A DNA stretch of 64,000 nucleotides. Origin: Raja brachyura. Taxonomy: Eukaryota. A model generated the notes under the pieces. That model saw only the letters and a program-made list of their open reading frames with translations, ran no database searches and was not told where the DNA came from. The stretch's first letter is position 1. Each line of letters starts with the position of its first letter. Position numbers and translations under genes: made by a program. Shown piece after piece: positions 49,140 through 60,907 of this stretch. The stretch spans positions 5,270,001 through 5,334,000 of the forward strand of contig OY740790.1 in the NCBI GenBank assembly GCA_963514005.1. The letters run 5' to 3'.

Positions 49140-49525
49140 TTACACACAAGATTTAAAGCTATCAGCCAGAACAAGTGAGACATTGACCAGGGTGGGTTTG
49201 CTGTGAGATTTATTGATGCTTCTGAATAGGCTGGTTGTGATGGACCCGTGTCCCACAACACAGGAGAAGGTGGTGCCACTGTTCCACTCCTCTGGAGAAA
49301 CCTTCAACTGACTGGTCATGGTGTTCCACCCATTCCTGGTGTCCTTGGTCACGGGCTGGTTCACGATCCCTGTCTTCAGAAGGTTGTCGTTGGCCATCCA
49401 GGCCACATAGATGTCTGCAGGAGAGAATTTGGTGACCAAGCACGTCAAGGTGGCCGTCTCATCCGTCTCCACCTCATCCAATGAAGGGGGGAGGAGGTAG
49501 ACTTGAGGACGACTCTCAACTCCAT
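49140..49525 (-). CDS. IgW CH6 exon with secretory tailpiece (long secreted form)
   Basis: ttcccag acceptor. DGVESRPQVYLLPPSLDEVETDETATLTCLV...FSCVVGHGSITTSLFRSINKSHSKPTLVNVSLVLADSFKSCV*, an IgM-like tailpiece with NVS sequon and penultimate Cys. Confidence 0.93.
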
Positions 49526-49720
49526 CTGGGAACAGAGAGAACCTGAGTTAGACTGAATCTGTCAGTAATTCTGTACTTACCCAATACATTCCAATCTTAT
49601 ACTGACATGGACACCATTTACATCCTGAGGGACCTCAATTAACCTGAAACTAAAGGCTTCTCCTTTCTGCTCATTGTAGGGATGTATGGAATAGAAATCA
49701 TGCCTCTGGTGCATTTTACA

Positions 49721-50420
49721 GGGCGGCAAGGTGGCGCAGCGGTAGAATTGCTGCCTACAATGCTAGAGACATGGGTTTGATCCCGACTATGGGTAGTGCC
49801 TGTATGGAGTTTGCACGTGACCGCGTGGGTTTTCTCCGGGTGCTCAGGTTTCCTCCCACACTCCAAAAACATACATGTTCTCTGTATGGCGGGACTGCCA
49901 TATGCTGAGAGGGAATCGGATTGAAACATAAGATTATTAAGGGTTTGGACACGTTAGAGGCAGGAAGCATGTTCCAGATGTTCAGGGAGTCCAGAACCAG
50001 GGGCCACAGTTTAAAAATAAGGGGTAAGCCATGTTGAACAGAGATAAGGAAACACATTTTCACACAGAGAGTTGTGAGTGTGGAATTCTCTGCCTCAGAG
50101 GGCGGCGGAGGCCGATTCTCTGGATACTTTCAAGAGAGAGCTAGATAGGGCTCTTAAAGATAGCGGAGTCAGGGGATATGGGGCGAAGCAGGATCGGGAT
50201 ACTGATTGGGGATGATCAGCCACGATCACATTGAATGGCAGTGCTGGCTCAAATGGCCGAATGGCCTACTGCACCTATTGCCTATTGTTTGTAGGCTAAT
50301 TGTCTTGGTTCAATTGTAAATTGTCCTTGGTATGTGCTGGGTAGTGTTAGTGTGCGGGGATTGCTAGTCGGCCCGGACTTGATGGGCCGAAGGGCGCTGT
50401 ATCTCTAAACTAAACTGAAC
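49721..50420 (+). mobile_element. HE1-type V-SINE interrupted by a CR1 3' fragment (~49918-50288)
   Basis: SINE head and V-domain, CR1 insert, then the SINE tail ending (CTAAA)n. Confidence 0.75.
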
Positions 50421-50864
50421 TATAGCTTCCAGTGAGTTTAAATTGGTTAGTTAATCAACAGGAACCACTGAATGCTGAGACTCTACAGAAAGTGCAACTC
50501 AGTCCTTGGACCTGCCTTGTCCTGCACTGTCTGTTCCATCTCCCCTTCTGCTTAAATGATCTGCTGGTCTTTGCCTCAAGCTCCCTGCCCTTCCAGTCCT
50601 GACTCAGTCTGTATCTCGGCTTGTGAAAGCTGCAAATCCCTCTCCCTCAACTCTATCTAAGCAGCTCACTCCGTGGGAACAAGTGTGCTGTTGGGCGAGG
50701 CTGTCGTGGTGACTTGGGATTTTAATGATGTGGTTAATCAGCTGAGTTTAATCTTCTTTTGCTCCCTCACACTCTCTGACCATCTGTAAGTACACCCAAT
50801 ATCCATTAGATATCCACTGGAGTTCTGAAAATTCAAAGGAATCTGAGAGAAACTATTAAATTCT

Positions 50865-52012
50865 TAACCAGATTGATGAAGGGGAGGCAGTGGATGTAGT
50901 GTATCTAGACTTTCAGAAAGCCTTTGATAAGGTCCCGCACAGGAGACTGGTGACTAAAATTAGAGCACATGGTATTGGGTAGGGTGTTGACGTGGATAGA
51001 AAATTGGTGTTGGGCTCGATGTTGCGGCCGCAACTGTTTACCATATATATTAATGATTTAGAAGAGGGAATTAGGAGCAATACTAGTAAGTTTGCGAATG
51101 ATAAAGCTGGGTGGCAGTGTGAACTGTGAAGAGGATGTTAGGAGGTTGCAAGGTATCCTGGACAGGTTGAGTGAGTGGGCAGATGCGTGGCAGATGCAGT
51201 ATAATATCGATAAATGTGAGGTTATCCACTTTGGTGGCAAAAACAAGGGGGCAGATTATTATCTCCATGGGGTTAGGTTAGGTTAGGTTAAGTACAGCGA
51301 GACCTGCGTGTCCTTGTACACCGGTCACTGAAAGCTAGCGTGCAGATACAGCAGGCAGTGAAGAAAGCTAACGGAATGTTGGCCTTCATAACAAAAGGAT
51401 TTCAGTACAGGAGTAGAGAGATTCTTCTGCAGTTGTATGGGGCTCTGGTAAGACCACATCTGGAGTATTTCGTACCGTTTTGGTCTCCTAATTTGTGAAA
51501 GGACATCCTTGTGATTGAGGCAGTGTAGCGTAGGTTCACGAGATTGATCCCTGGGATGGCGGGACTGCCATTTGAGGAAAGATTGAAAAGACTAGGCTTG
51601 TATTCACTGGAGTTTAGAAGGATGAGGGGGTTCTTATAGAAACATAAAAAATTATAAAAGGACTGGACAAGCTAGATGCAGGAAAAATGTTCCCAATGCT
51701 GGGCGAGTCCAGAACCAGGGGTCAGTCTTAGAATAAAGGGGAGGCCATTTAAGACTGAGGTGAGAAAAAACTCTTTCACCCAGAGAGTTGTGCATTTGTG
51801 GAATTCCCTGCCACAGAAGGCAGTGGAGGCAAAGTTACTGGATGGATTTACGAGAGAGTTAGATAGAGCTCTAGGAGCTAGTGGAATCAAGGGATATGGG
51901 GAGAAGGCAAGCACGGGTTATTGATTGGGGATGATCAGCCATGATATAATGAATGGCGGTGCTGGCTCGAAGGGCTGAATGGCCTCCTGTACCTATTTTC
52001 TATGTTTCTATG
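50865..52012 (+). mobile_element. CR1 LINE 3' fragment
   Basis: YLDFQKAFDKV..WQMQYN..CEVIHFG; tail present. Confidence 0.9.
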
Positions 52013-52404
52013 AACAGGTGAGGCAGAGGAAGAATGTTTCAGATATTGGGGAATCCAGGCCAGGAGATGACAGTCTGGGGTAATGGTGTGTAGGTGTGTG
52101 AGGGGGAGAAATGTCTTCACCCAGACAGTGGTGAACCTGGGCATTCTCTGCCACAGACAGCACTGAAGCCCAATTATTAGATATATGCAAGAATGAGTTG
52201 GATCCAGTTCTTAGGGTAAAGGGATCAAGGGATATGGAGAGAATGCAGGAAGTACTGAATATGGATGATCTGCCGTGCTCATTTTGAATGTCTGTGCAGG
52301 ATTGAAGGGCCGAATGGCCTGCGCCTGCAATTATTTTCTATGCTGGATGTGATGTCTGTCCATTTGCTCAGATCAGACTCGCACCGACCTCTGTCAACAC
52401 GTAC

Positions 52405-52725
52405 CTGTCGGCTTCTCCAAGGATCTGCTCTCCGGTGTTGGCAAACTCTTGTCCTCCACAACACAGGTGTACAGAGCCCCACTGTCCCACTCTGCAGCGG
52501 GGACCGTCAGTCCGCTGGTGATGGTGTCTGTACCTCCGATCCTCTCTGCACCACGTGTTGTCACCCCGTCTTCTCTCTTCATTCCATTCACTTGCCAGGT
52601 TACTCTGAATCCCTCTAAATCACCATGAACCACCTTACACAGAATGGTGGCTGTCTTGTTGATCCAGATCTCTTCGAAGGAAGGTTTGCTTAAAGTGACC
52701 GAGGGGCGGGTAACTGAACATTCAT
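52405..52725 (-). CDS. IgW CH5 exon
   Basis: ctcccag acceptor, 321 nt, G|GTACGT donor. DECSVTRPSVTLSKPSFEEIWINKTATILCKVVHGDLEGFRVTW...EWDSGALYTCVVEDKSLPTP. Confidence 0.92.
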
Positions 52726-53705
52726 CTGGGAGAAATCACAATTATTATGTCATCGTTCCCTGATGGAGCAGCTTGCCACTGAAGTATTTTGTGCTCATCT
52801 CCACCGTATGATATGCCGGTCCCATCAACATCAGGGAGATTTATCTACATTGGTGTAGGAATGAAGCTTCCTATTGATCCCACAAGGAAACCATGCTAAA
52901 CAATGTGAATTAACACATTGACTTTTACATTATTTGACAGTTTTGTGATCACTGAACCTGTTACCAGCTATTTACTGAATCAAATGTATAAAATTCCCTC
53001 TGAGAGGCAAATCAAGCTAATGTTTGAGGTAAAAATGTTCAGTTCAGTTTAGTTTATTGTCACGTGTACCGAGGTACAGTGAAAAGCTAACCAGTCAGTG
53101 GAAAGTTCTTCACTTTATATTATAAAATAGCAGCAGTATTGTTTTATTTAGTCGCGGTGAGTGGTCCGGAGTACGATGAAGAAAGGTCTCGACCCGTAAC
53201 CTCACTTCCCCATGTCCTCCAGGGATGCTGCCTGACCTGCTGAGTTACTCCAGCACTTTGTGTCCCTTCATTTAGTCACAACTGTTTAAAAGCAGATTGT
53301 ATCCATGAGGTGCAATTAAACTCTCCTGCTGCTTTGTCACAATGTTGTGTGTTGCAGCCGGCCTGTTCCAGAGGCTGCTACACATTGCCCAGACTGACTG
53401 TTGCCACGCTGGGGCAGGGAGAGAGCTGCTCTGCTGGACACACTGTCACAGCTGAGGCACCCGCTGCCATTAAGTACAAAGGCAGAGGGAAAGACCGTTT
53501 TGAAGAAGAGTATCGTGGATCTCCTCCGTTTGGCCTGTCGACTGGCTTGGATTGCCCTCAAGTTACTAAAGCAATGTCAAAGATACAATTATGTCTGTGG
53601 CCAGACTCACTTACAAGCCCACAACAGGACTGCACCGTGTTACAGTGCTGCCCATGTGTGGCACAGTTTACAATGTGGAGAATGGAATGAATCCCAGGAG
53701 CCTAC

Positions 53706-54023
53706 CTTGGATGTTCTTCGCATCCTTCGTGATGATGGTGTTGGAGGCACGATGATGCACTGTACAATTGAAGCGCGAGCCAGACTTCCAATCCTCGGTG
53801 CTCATGGTCAGGAAGTGGCTGGCACTGAAAGTGCCCCCCTGCTCCAGAGCAGTTGGTGCAGCGCTGGTGTTGTTGGAGATCAGGGCACCGTCTTTACTCC
53901 AAGTGACGTTGATGAGGTCTGGGTAGAATCCAGAGACCACACACTCCAGGGTGACTTTGTGGCTACGCTTGGTCTCTTCGTGTGCTGGAAGCAGCAGTCT
54001 GACTTCAGGTTTTTTTGGCTCAA
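53706..54023 (-). CDS. IgW CH4 exon
   Basis: ttccag acceptor, 318 nt, G|GTAGG donor. VEPKKPEVRLLLPAHEETKRSHKVTLECVVSGFYPDLINVTW...DWKSGSRFNCTVHH. Confidence 0.92.
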
Positions 54024-54059
54024 CTGGAACAGAGGAAAATAAATGTTAAACTCTCTCAA

Positions 54060-54505
54060 AGAGTCATAGAATGGTACAGTGTGGAAACCGGCCCTTCAGC
54101 CCAACTTGCCCACCCCGGCCAACATGTCGCAGCTACATTAGTCTCACCTGCCGTGTCTGGTCCACATCCCTCCAAACCTGTCCCTGTCTGTTTTTTTAAT
54201 GTTAAGATAGTCCCTGCCACTGGCAGCTTGTTTCATACATCCACCACCCTTTGCGTGAAAAAGTTACCCCTCAGATTCCTATTAAATCTTTCCCCCTTCA
54301 CCTTAAACCTATGTCCTCTGGTACTCTTCACCTACTCTGGGCAAGAGACTCAGTTCATCTATCCAATCTATTTCTCTCATGATCTTATACACCTCAATAA
54401 GATATTCCCTCATCCTCCTACGTTCCAAGGAATAGAGTCCCAGCCACTCAACCTCTCCCTACAGTTCTCTAGCCCTGGCAACATTCTTGTAAATCCTCTC
54501 TGTAT
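54060..54505 (-). mobile_element. CR1 3' fragment in the CH3-CH4 intron
   Basis: Similar to 27680-28175. Confidence 0.75.
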
Positions 54506-54558
54506 CCTCTCTCTCTCTCTCTCTGTCACGGCCATTTAATCACTGATCTGTTGCCCAC

Positions 54559-54861
54559 CTTTGTTATAGTTGGTCCGCGCTGACATTGGTGAGGATGATG
54601 AAGATCGTTGGGCGAAGCACACAAACTCCACCCCGCTGGTCCACTCCTCCACGCTGGTCCGCAGTTCACTGGTCACTGGGTTTCGGGTGCCTTCATGGCT
54701 CGGTCTACGTGTCACAACTCCTTTACTTCTCTCCTTCCCTCCCACCTTCCAGGTGAAATGTACCTGGCTCGGATCACTACAGAACACTGAACACACCAGC
54801 GTAGCGGTCTTGTTGATCCAAATCTCTTCCATGCCAGGATTTTGAATGAAGATGGACAATA
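54559..54861 (-). CDS. IgW CH3 exon
   Basis: ccacag acceptor, 303 nt, G|GTGGGC donor. VLSIFIQNPGMEEIWINKTATLVCSVFCSDPSQVHFTW...EEWTSGVEFVCFAQ. Confidence 0.92.
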
Positions 54862-55372
54862 CTGTGGATCAGAAATGGAAAAGTTCAGAATTTTAGTTGA
54901 GACTCATCTGTTACTAAAGGGCCTGTCACACTTAGGCGACTTTTTCAGCGACTGCCGGCACCCGTCATAGGTCGTTGCAGGTCGCCGAAAATGTTAAAAA
55001 TGTTGAAAATCCAGCGGTGACCAGAACAAGGTACAACTCTTTGGGCGACAGCTCACGACCATATAGGCTTCACCCCGCGATATGTCGTCAGGGTGTCGCC
55101 TGTATGGTCGTGAGTAGCCTCCTCAGTCACCCATAGAGTCGTAGCGTCTTTCTGGTCGCTGCTGAATTTTCAACATGTTGAACATTTTCAGCGACCTTCT
55201 GCGACTATGACAGGTGCTGGCAGTCGCCGTAAAAGATCACGTAAGTGGCTCAGGCTCTTTATGGAAAGCCAGGGCAGAAATCCAAAAAGGTGTCTTATAA
55301 AAGAACTTTAAGATGTTTATGTCATCACATAAAAGACTGGTCAATGCCAGATCAAACTATACACTGACTAGA

Positions 55373-55904
55373 TTTATTGCAAACAGAATATTAGAAAAAC
55401 TCGTGTTCAATAGCAGGTTGGGTGTTTTGACTGAAAAAACAGAACAAAGGAGCCGTCAACTGGGATTTGACTCTCTTCCCCATCACCATGATCAGCTGGT
55501 ACATTACAGGGGCACAATTCGATATGTACTTTGCTTGGAACCCCTGCAGCATCGATTAGTAATACTGAGCAACATGAATGAGAAAAGCAACGTTTCTCCC
55601 TGTAGGCCAAGCCTGGGATTCCATCAGGTTAAGAATGTCAGATGCTGATATCGCAGCCTTTCTCTGACCATGTGTCTCACCATCTCTGAAACCTTCACCA
55701 CAATCACAACCTTCAGTAAAGGTGTAATTCTTCCAACTCTGGGCACTCATAAGCCTGCACTCCTTTCACCTTTGTACCACTTGCTGTGTCACGTTGCAGT
55801 GTAGCTCACAAGCACCTAAACTCACTGCCACAGACTAGTGTCAGTTTAGTGTGACTGTGCCCTAGTGAAGACGTTGAGGCATTTCAGTAATTGATAGAAA
55901 CTAT
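55373..55904 (-). pseudogene. Possible second, decayed Cys-rich secretory-type terminal exon
   Basis: ttatttcag acceptor at 55905. Phase-1 frame gives DSFYQLLKCLNVFTRAQSH*; another frame gives LGACELHCNVTQQVVQR*KECRLMSAQSWKNYTFTEGCDCG. AATAAA at 55373-55378. Confidence 0.35.
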
Positions 55905-57222
55905 CTGAAATAAATTAGTGGCTGACTCTCCAGCGACAGCAGAGCAAATCATAAATGGTTAGAAGTATCAAGGTCCCCCTCCTGCTGCAGATTAGGATGA
56001 AATTCTACATTAGATGTATTTTCCCGTTTCACTTCAGAATCATTGGGCGAGGAAGAGAATGATTTATTCATTCATTGCCCCTGGCTGACCTGCACTTGTC
56101 TTCTGAAGCAGCATCATGAGTCTAGTTGCACTCAGCTCACTCTCGTGTGTGCACTGTTTACACACTCAGTCACTTGGACCACATGAGCTGATTTTGGTCT
56201 CAAACACTTATTGTGGAGGGTGATTACGTTTGTGTCAGAATTGAAACTTTCAGCGAGCCTGGAGATCAAAGCCTTCAGCTGCGTAGAACGCAGAGGTCAT
56301 ACACTGTGTCTGTCTGACAGGAGACATAACACTTGTCAATGTAAGATGTTGTCTATTTCACAACCCCTCCTTCTTTAAGCAAAATGGCGAGCAAATTACT
56401 TTCAAAAATAGTTATGTGCGTGGTATTAGTGTGGATGACAGAAGTTGCAGTGTCATCAGAAATATGTCAGCCTAGTCTAACAGTGTACAATGTTTCTGCT
56501 TTGTGAATCTTGTTTTAATCAGCAATGTGATATTGTTAAACATGTGTGTTTGCAAGATGCTCAATCCCGTCCCATATCAGTGACAGTCGTGTAGTTCCAC
56601 CATCGCGGTGTCAGGGGGGAAATCACCTCATATGAAACCTGGCAGAGTGTGGATACTCTCCATGCTGTAACATACTGGTATCTTCCACAAGAGACATTTT
56701 GTCCTGCTCATCCTTGGATGATTATAACCAAACACATCCATTCCTTGCAACATTCCTTGCATTCCCTGAGTTTCTCCTTTGGGCTGAGGTGGCATTATTA
56801 AATCTGTGGCAATTTGTGCTAACCATGGTTTTCACCCAAAGCCGGTATAGGACAGGAGACCGGTTAGAGCCCTGGGTCTTGCCTCACCAGGTTGTCTTTA
56901 TTATAGGGTCACCCAATTTTTTACTGAGCCACTTTGACATTTCACACCGTTTACCTTAAACATCTCCTGCCTTGCGATCTCTGGGTGGTCCTTGCTGACT
57001 AGAGTCTGAGCAAGGATAAATCTGGCCAGTGGCACTGGGATGTGAAGCAGCAATGTCTGCAAATGAATGAATATACAGGCAACGAGTGGAGGGGAGAGGG
57101 AGGCAGCTTTTGGCTATTTTCCTCCACTCTGGTACACTTTGATCCCAATGGATACCAGGGATTGGATTTGAATCTTATAAATGGTTTGTAATAATAGAAT
57201 GACAAATTCCATACGCAGCCAA

Positions 57223-57350
57223 TTACTTTATTTCACACTTTCCTGCCCAACAATGATACTGCTGGGTGGAACCATCTGAGAATGTCACATTGAGATTACT
57301 CTGGTAGAAGAACTTCGGCAGACACTTCGAACAGCCGGGACATTCTCCAC
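57223..57350 (-). CDS. IgW short-form Cys-rich secretory tail exon
   Basis: tttccag acceptor, phase 1. GGECPGCSKCLPKFFYQSNLNVTFSDGSTQQYHCWAGKCEIK* (5 Cys, NVT sequon), located after CH2 as expected for the 2-C-domain secreted IgW/IgX form. Confidence 0.88.
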
Positions 57351-57579
57351 CTGGAAATGGAAGATTCATTGATTTAAATGTTAAGAGATTTTCATTTCCT
57401 GTGTTTGGAAACAGGAGATCCACATATTCCCAGTCTGTGTCCTCAGTATTTATCAGCATGAGATTATGCCGACCACGATAAACTGCTTCACTTTGTCCAG
57501 GATCAGACAACACTTTAAAGAGGGTGGAAATGAGTTCAAAAATTATCCAGGGCACCGACATTTCAATGAAAGGGCAATC

Positions 57580-58425
57580 TACAGGTGACTTGGACAGGGG
57601 TGAGTGGGCAGATGCATGGAAGTTGCAGTTAAATGTGGATAAATGTGAGGTTTTCCACTTTGGTAGCAAAAATAGGAAGGCAGATTACTATCTAAATTGG
57701 GTGAAGTTGGGAAATGAGGAAGTACAATGGGATCTGGGGGTCCTTGTTCATCAGTCAATGAAAGTAAGCATGCAGGTACAGCAGGGAGTGAAGAAAGCAA
57801 ATGGCATGTTTGCCTTTATAACAAGAGGAGTTGAGTATAGGAGCAAATAGGTCCTTCTGCAGTTGTACAGGGCCCCAGTGGAGACCGCACCTGGAGTATT
57901 GTGTGCAGTTTTAGTCCCCTAATTCGAGGAAGGACATTCTTGCTATTGAGGGAGTGCATCGTGGGTTCATCAGGTTAATTCCCAGAATGGCGGGACTGAC
58001 ATATGCTGAGAGAATGGAGCAGCTGGGCTTGTATACCCTGGAGTTTAGAAGTACGAGAGGGGATCATATTGAAACATATAAGATTATTAAGGGTTTGGAC
58101 ACGCAAGAGGCAAGAAATATGTTCCTGATGTTGGGGGAGTCCAGATCCAGGGGCCACCGTTTAAGAATAAGGGGCATGTCATTTAGAACGGAGGTGAGGA
58201 AACACTTTTTCTAACAGAGTTGTGAGTCTGTGGAATTCTCTGCCTCAGAGGGCGGTGGAGGCTGGTTCTCTGGATACTTTCAAGAGAGAGCTAGAGCTCT
58301 GAAAGATAGCAGAGTCAGGGGATATGGGGAGAAGGCAGGAACGCGGTACTGATTGGGGATGATCAACCCTGATCATATTGAATGGCGGTGCTGGCTCGAA
58401 GGGCTACTCCTGCACCTATTGTCCA
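57580..58425 (+). mobile_element. CR1 LINE 3' fragment
   Basis: EWADAWKLQLNVDKCEV..SRGHRLRI. Confidence 0.9.
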
Positions 58426-58791
58426 TACAGAACATTCAGGAAACAGTGGAAAAAGATAGATTTGGAGAAACTAACACAAAGAAGACAGTGAGAAGGGAAG
58501 AGAGATCTCCAGATATCGAATGGGACCTGTGGTTTATTCACTGTCCCATTTTTCTTACCACTGCACACAAAGGCAACTGGAGGAGTGGGAGTAAACACAC
58601 TGGCGAGCTTCCTCTCTACATGTCCTGTAGAATGAGTTAGAATTACTGATGGAAAGCATTGGCTTAAATTGCAAAAAGCCAAATCTGAACATAATACATC
58701 GCTCAACAGGACTGATCTCAGGGACAGGAATTTGGTGGAAATGTCAGTAAGATTGTTTAATGCTGTAAATAAATTAACAGACTCGACTCAC

Positions 58792-59094
58792 CCTTGTGAT
58801 ATGTCATGTTGATCCTGTCGCTGTAGCCGGAAGGCGCGTGGATCACTTCACAAGTATATACCTGTTTGTTGATCCATTCCTCCACACGCAACGGCAGGTA
58901 AGCAACTGTGTCAAATCCACCTTTAGTTCTCGAAGTGGACGGGAGAACGACGACGCCCGCTTGATTAACTCCATCTTTTTTCCAGGAAACTTTAATATTG
59001 TCAGGAGAGAATCCGGATATCATGCAGCCCAGGACAGCAGTTGTTTGATTGTGGAGAACCTCCGGAGATGGAACAAGGGGGATGAGCTGTGGAG
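58792..59094 (-). CDS. IgW CH2 exon
   Basis: ttacag acceptor, 303 nt, G|GTGAGT donor. APQLIPLVPSPEVLHNQTTAVLGCMISGFSPDNIKVSWKKDG...EEWINKQVYTCEVIHAPSG. Confidence 0.93.
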
Positions 59095-60132
59095 CTGTAA
59101 CATATTTAATATCTGTTATTACATGATTCCTTCAGCCACAGTGTAGGATTCCAGTCTCCCAGCATCTGGGACAAGTGCCCCAGTACCAGCCCTCCCCACA
59201 ATGCTGGTGATATGCCAGTGATGTGTTGATATGGTGGGTCCCACAGTGAGGGGCTAGTCAGAGCTGTGATTGGGAGGCTGGGTTAGACCACAGGCCTCCC
59301 CAGCAGTGTGGGCCACTCTGCAGTGGTAAGGGTGGAGGTGGGTAAGTGGCGTACAGACCATCCGTGATCTCAGTGTGTGCTGGAGCAGACACAGGAACAG
59401 ATGACACAACTGTTTCTACTGGCAGGAGGTTTGGGAATCACAACTTTAAGTTGTCTACACCTCTACTTTGTCTGTAACTCGTTTTCATCTAGCTCACAGC
59501 TAACAATGGCCTGTCTCCTTTATCAACATTATTTTTTTGCATATCTTTTGTTCATTAGTTCTATATCTCTCTATATAACCGTCTATATCTCTCTTTTCCC
59601 TTTCACCAACTCTCAGTCTGAAGAAGGGTCTCGACCCAAAACGTCACCAACTCCTTTTCTCCAGAGATGCTGTCTGACCCGCTGAGTTACTCCAGCAGTC
59701 TAACTTTGCTTCAAACCAGCGTCTGCAGTTCCTTGGTGAGGGGTCAGCTGCAGGGTTGAGGTGAAAGTGCAGGAAGAGTGAGGAAGGTTTAAATCTCCAC
59801 ACTGTGCACAGGCACAATAGGTGTGGCTCTGTGCACAGCAGCTGATCTGCAGGGAGGTGTTTGGAGTGGTAGAGAGTTGCAGGAATTAGACAAAGCAGTG
59901 GATGGAATGGAGGCAGATCAAGACGAGATGCTTCCCTCCTGAACCCCAACCCCCCACCATTATCTCCTTCTACATAAATTCTCACTGTTTTTTTCCTTGA
60001 GCAGCAGCACTCTGGCTGACAGGAGAATGAATGAGCAAAATAAGTAATTCACTTCCTCCTACATTGTCCGACAAAGGCTTCCACTTCAGTTCTATCATCA
60101 GCTTTAAATTGACAACAAAATCTCACACTAAC

Positions 60133-60441
60133 CTTGAAGCTCTGGGAACGTCGTTATCACCATGTTGTCCGGCTTGTATCCTGCCTTGCAGTAGTAGACG
60201 GTATTCCTGTTCCAATCTGCCGCAGGGACTCGCAACAAGCTGCTCATTGTGTACTTGTTATTTTGTCCCAACACTGGTGGGTACTTTGTGATTCCAGTGG
60301 TGATGTCCCCACTGCTGGTGGACCATGTCTGACTGATGATCTGAGGCTGGTAGTCCTTGACCAGACAGAGGATGCTGATCTCTTGGCCAGATTCTGTGTT
60401 GCAGGAAGAGGTGATGTGGACTGAAGGCAAGGTCTTAATAT
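60133..60441 (-). CDS. IgW heavy-chain CH1 exon
   Basis: tttcag acceptor, phase-1 exon of 309 nt, G|GTTAGT donor. Translates DIKTLPSVHITSSCNTESGQEISILCLVKDYQPQIISQTWSTSSG...MSSLLRVPAADWNRNTVYYCKAGY, a C1-set domain with C/W/C and an N-terminal extra Cys (light-chain link candidate). Resembles recalled skate IgX/IgW CH1. Confidence 0.93.
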
Positions 60442-60907
60442 CTGAAATGTAAATAAAGTAACAGTTGGTTCTGTAGTAAATGGATTATTACCAGCGCATG
60501 CAACAGGTTCCTGCTGATTGCTGAGTAAATGCAGGTGATTCAGGCTGAGAGAAGGCCAGGCAAGGCAGAGAAATGGTTCCTTGACCAATCCCTTTCACAC
60601 CGTGCATGACCAAGCAGTGAAATGCTGATCTCACACTGGTGAAGCAACTTCTGCCAACCAGAGGGACAAACCGGCCTGTGCTGTGGGTGATGAAGCACAC
60701 GGTACAGTGCCAGATGGACCATATCCACAACCACCGGGCCAAATGGTGCTAGATCTGGCCTGTTGTGGACCTTCCTCAACGCTGAGCCCCGGGGAGTGTT
60801 GTACAACTAAGGGATCTTGGAGTACAGGTACACAGATCCCAGGAAGTGTTGTCACAGGTAAATAGGTTGGTTAAAAAAAGCTCTTCATGAGTCAGGGAAT
60901 TGACATA

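Noticed and set aside
53401-54042. 213-aa plus-strand ORF
   Set aside because: Antisense to CH4 plus intron, with no recognisable domain.
49140-60441. IgM or IgNAR identity
   Set aside because: Six C domains, a CH1-type first domain and a Cys-rich secretory exon after CH2 fit IgW, not the four-domain IgM or five-domain IgNAR.
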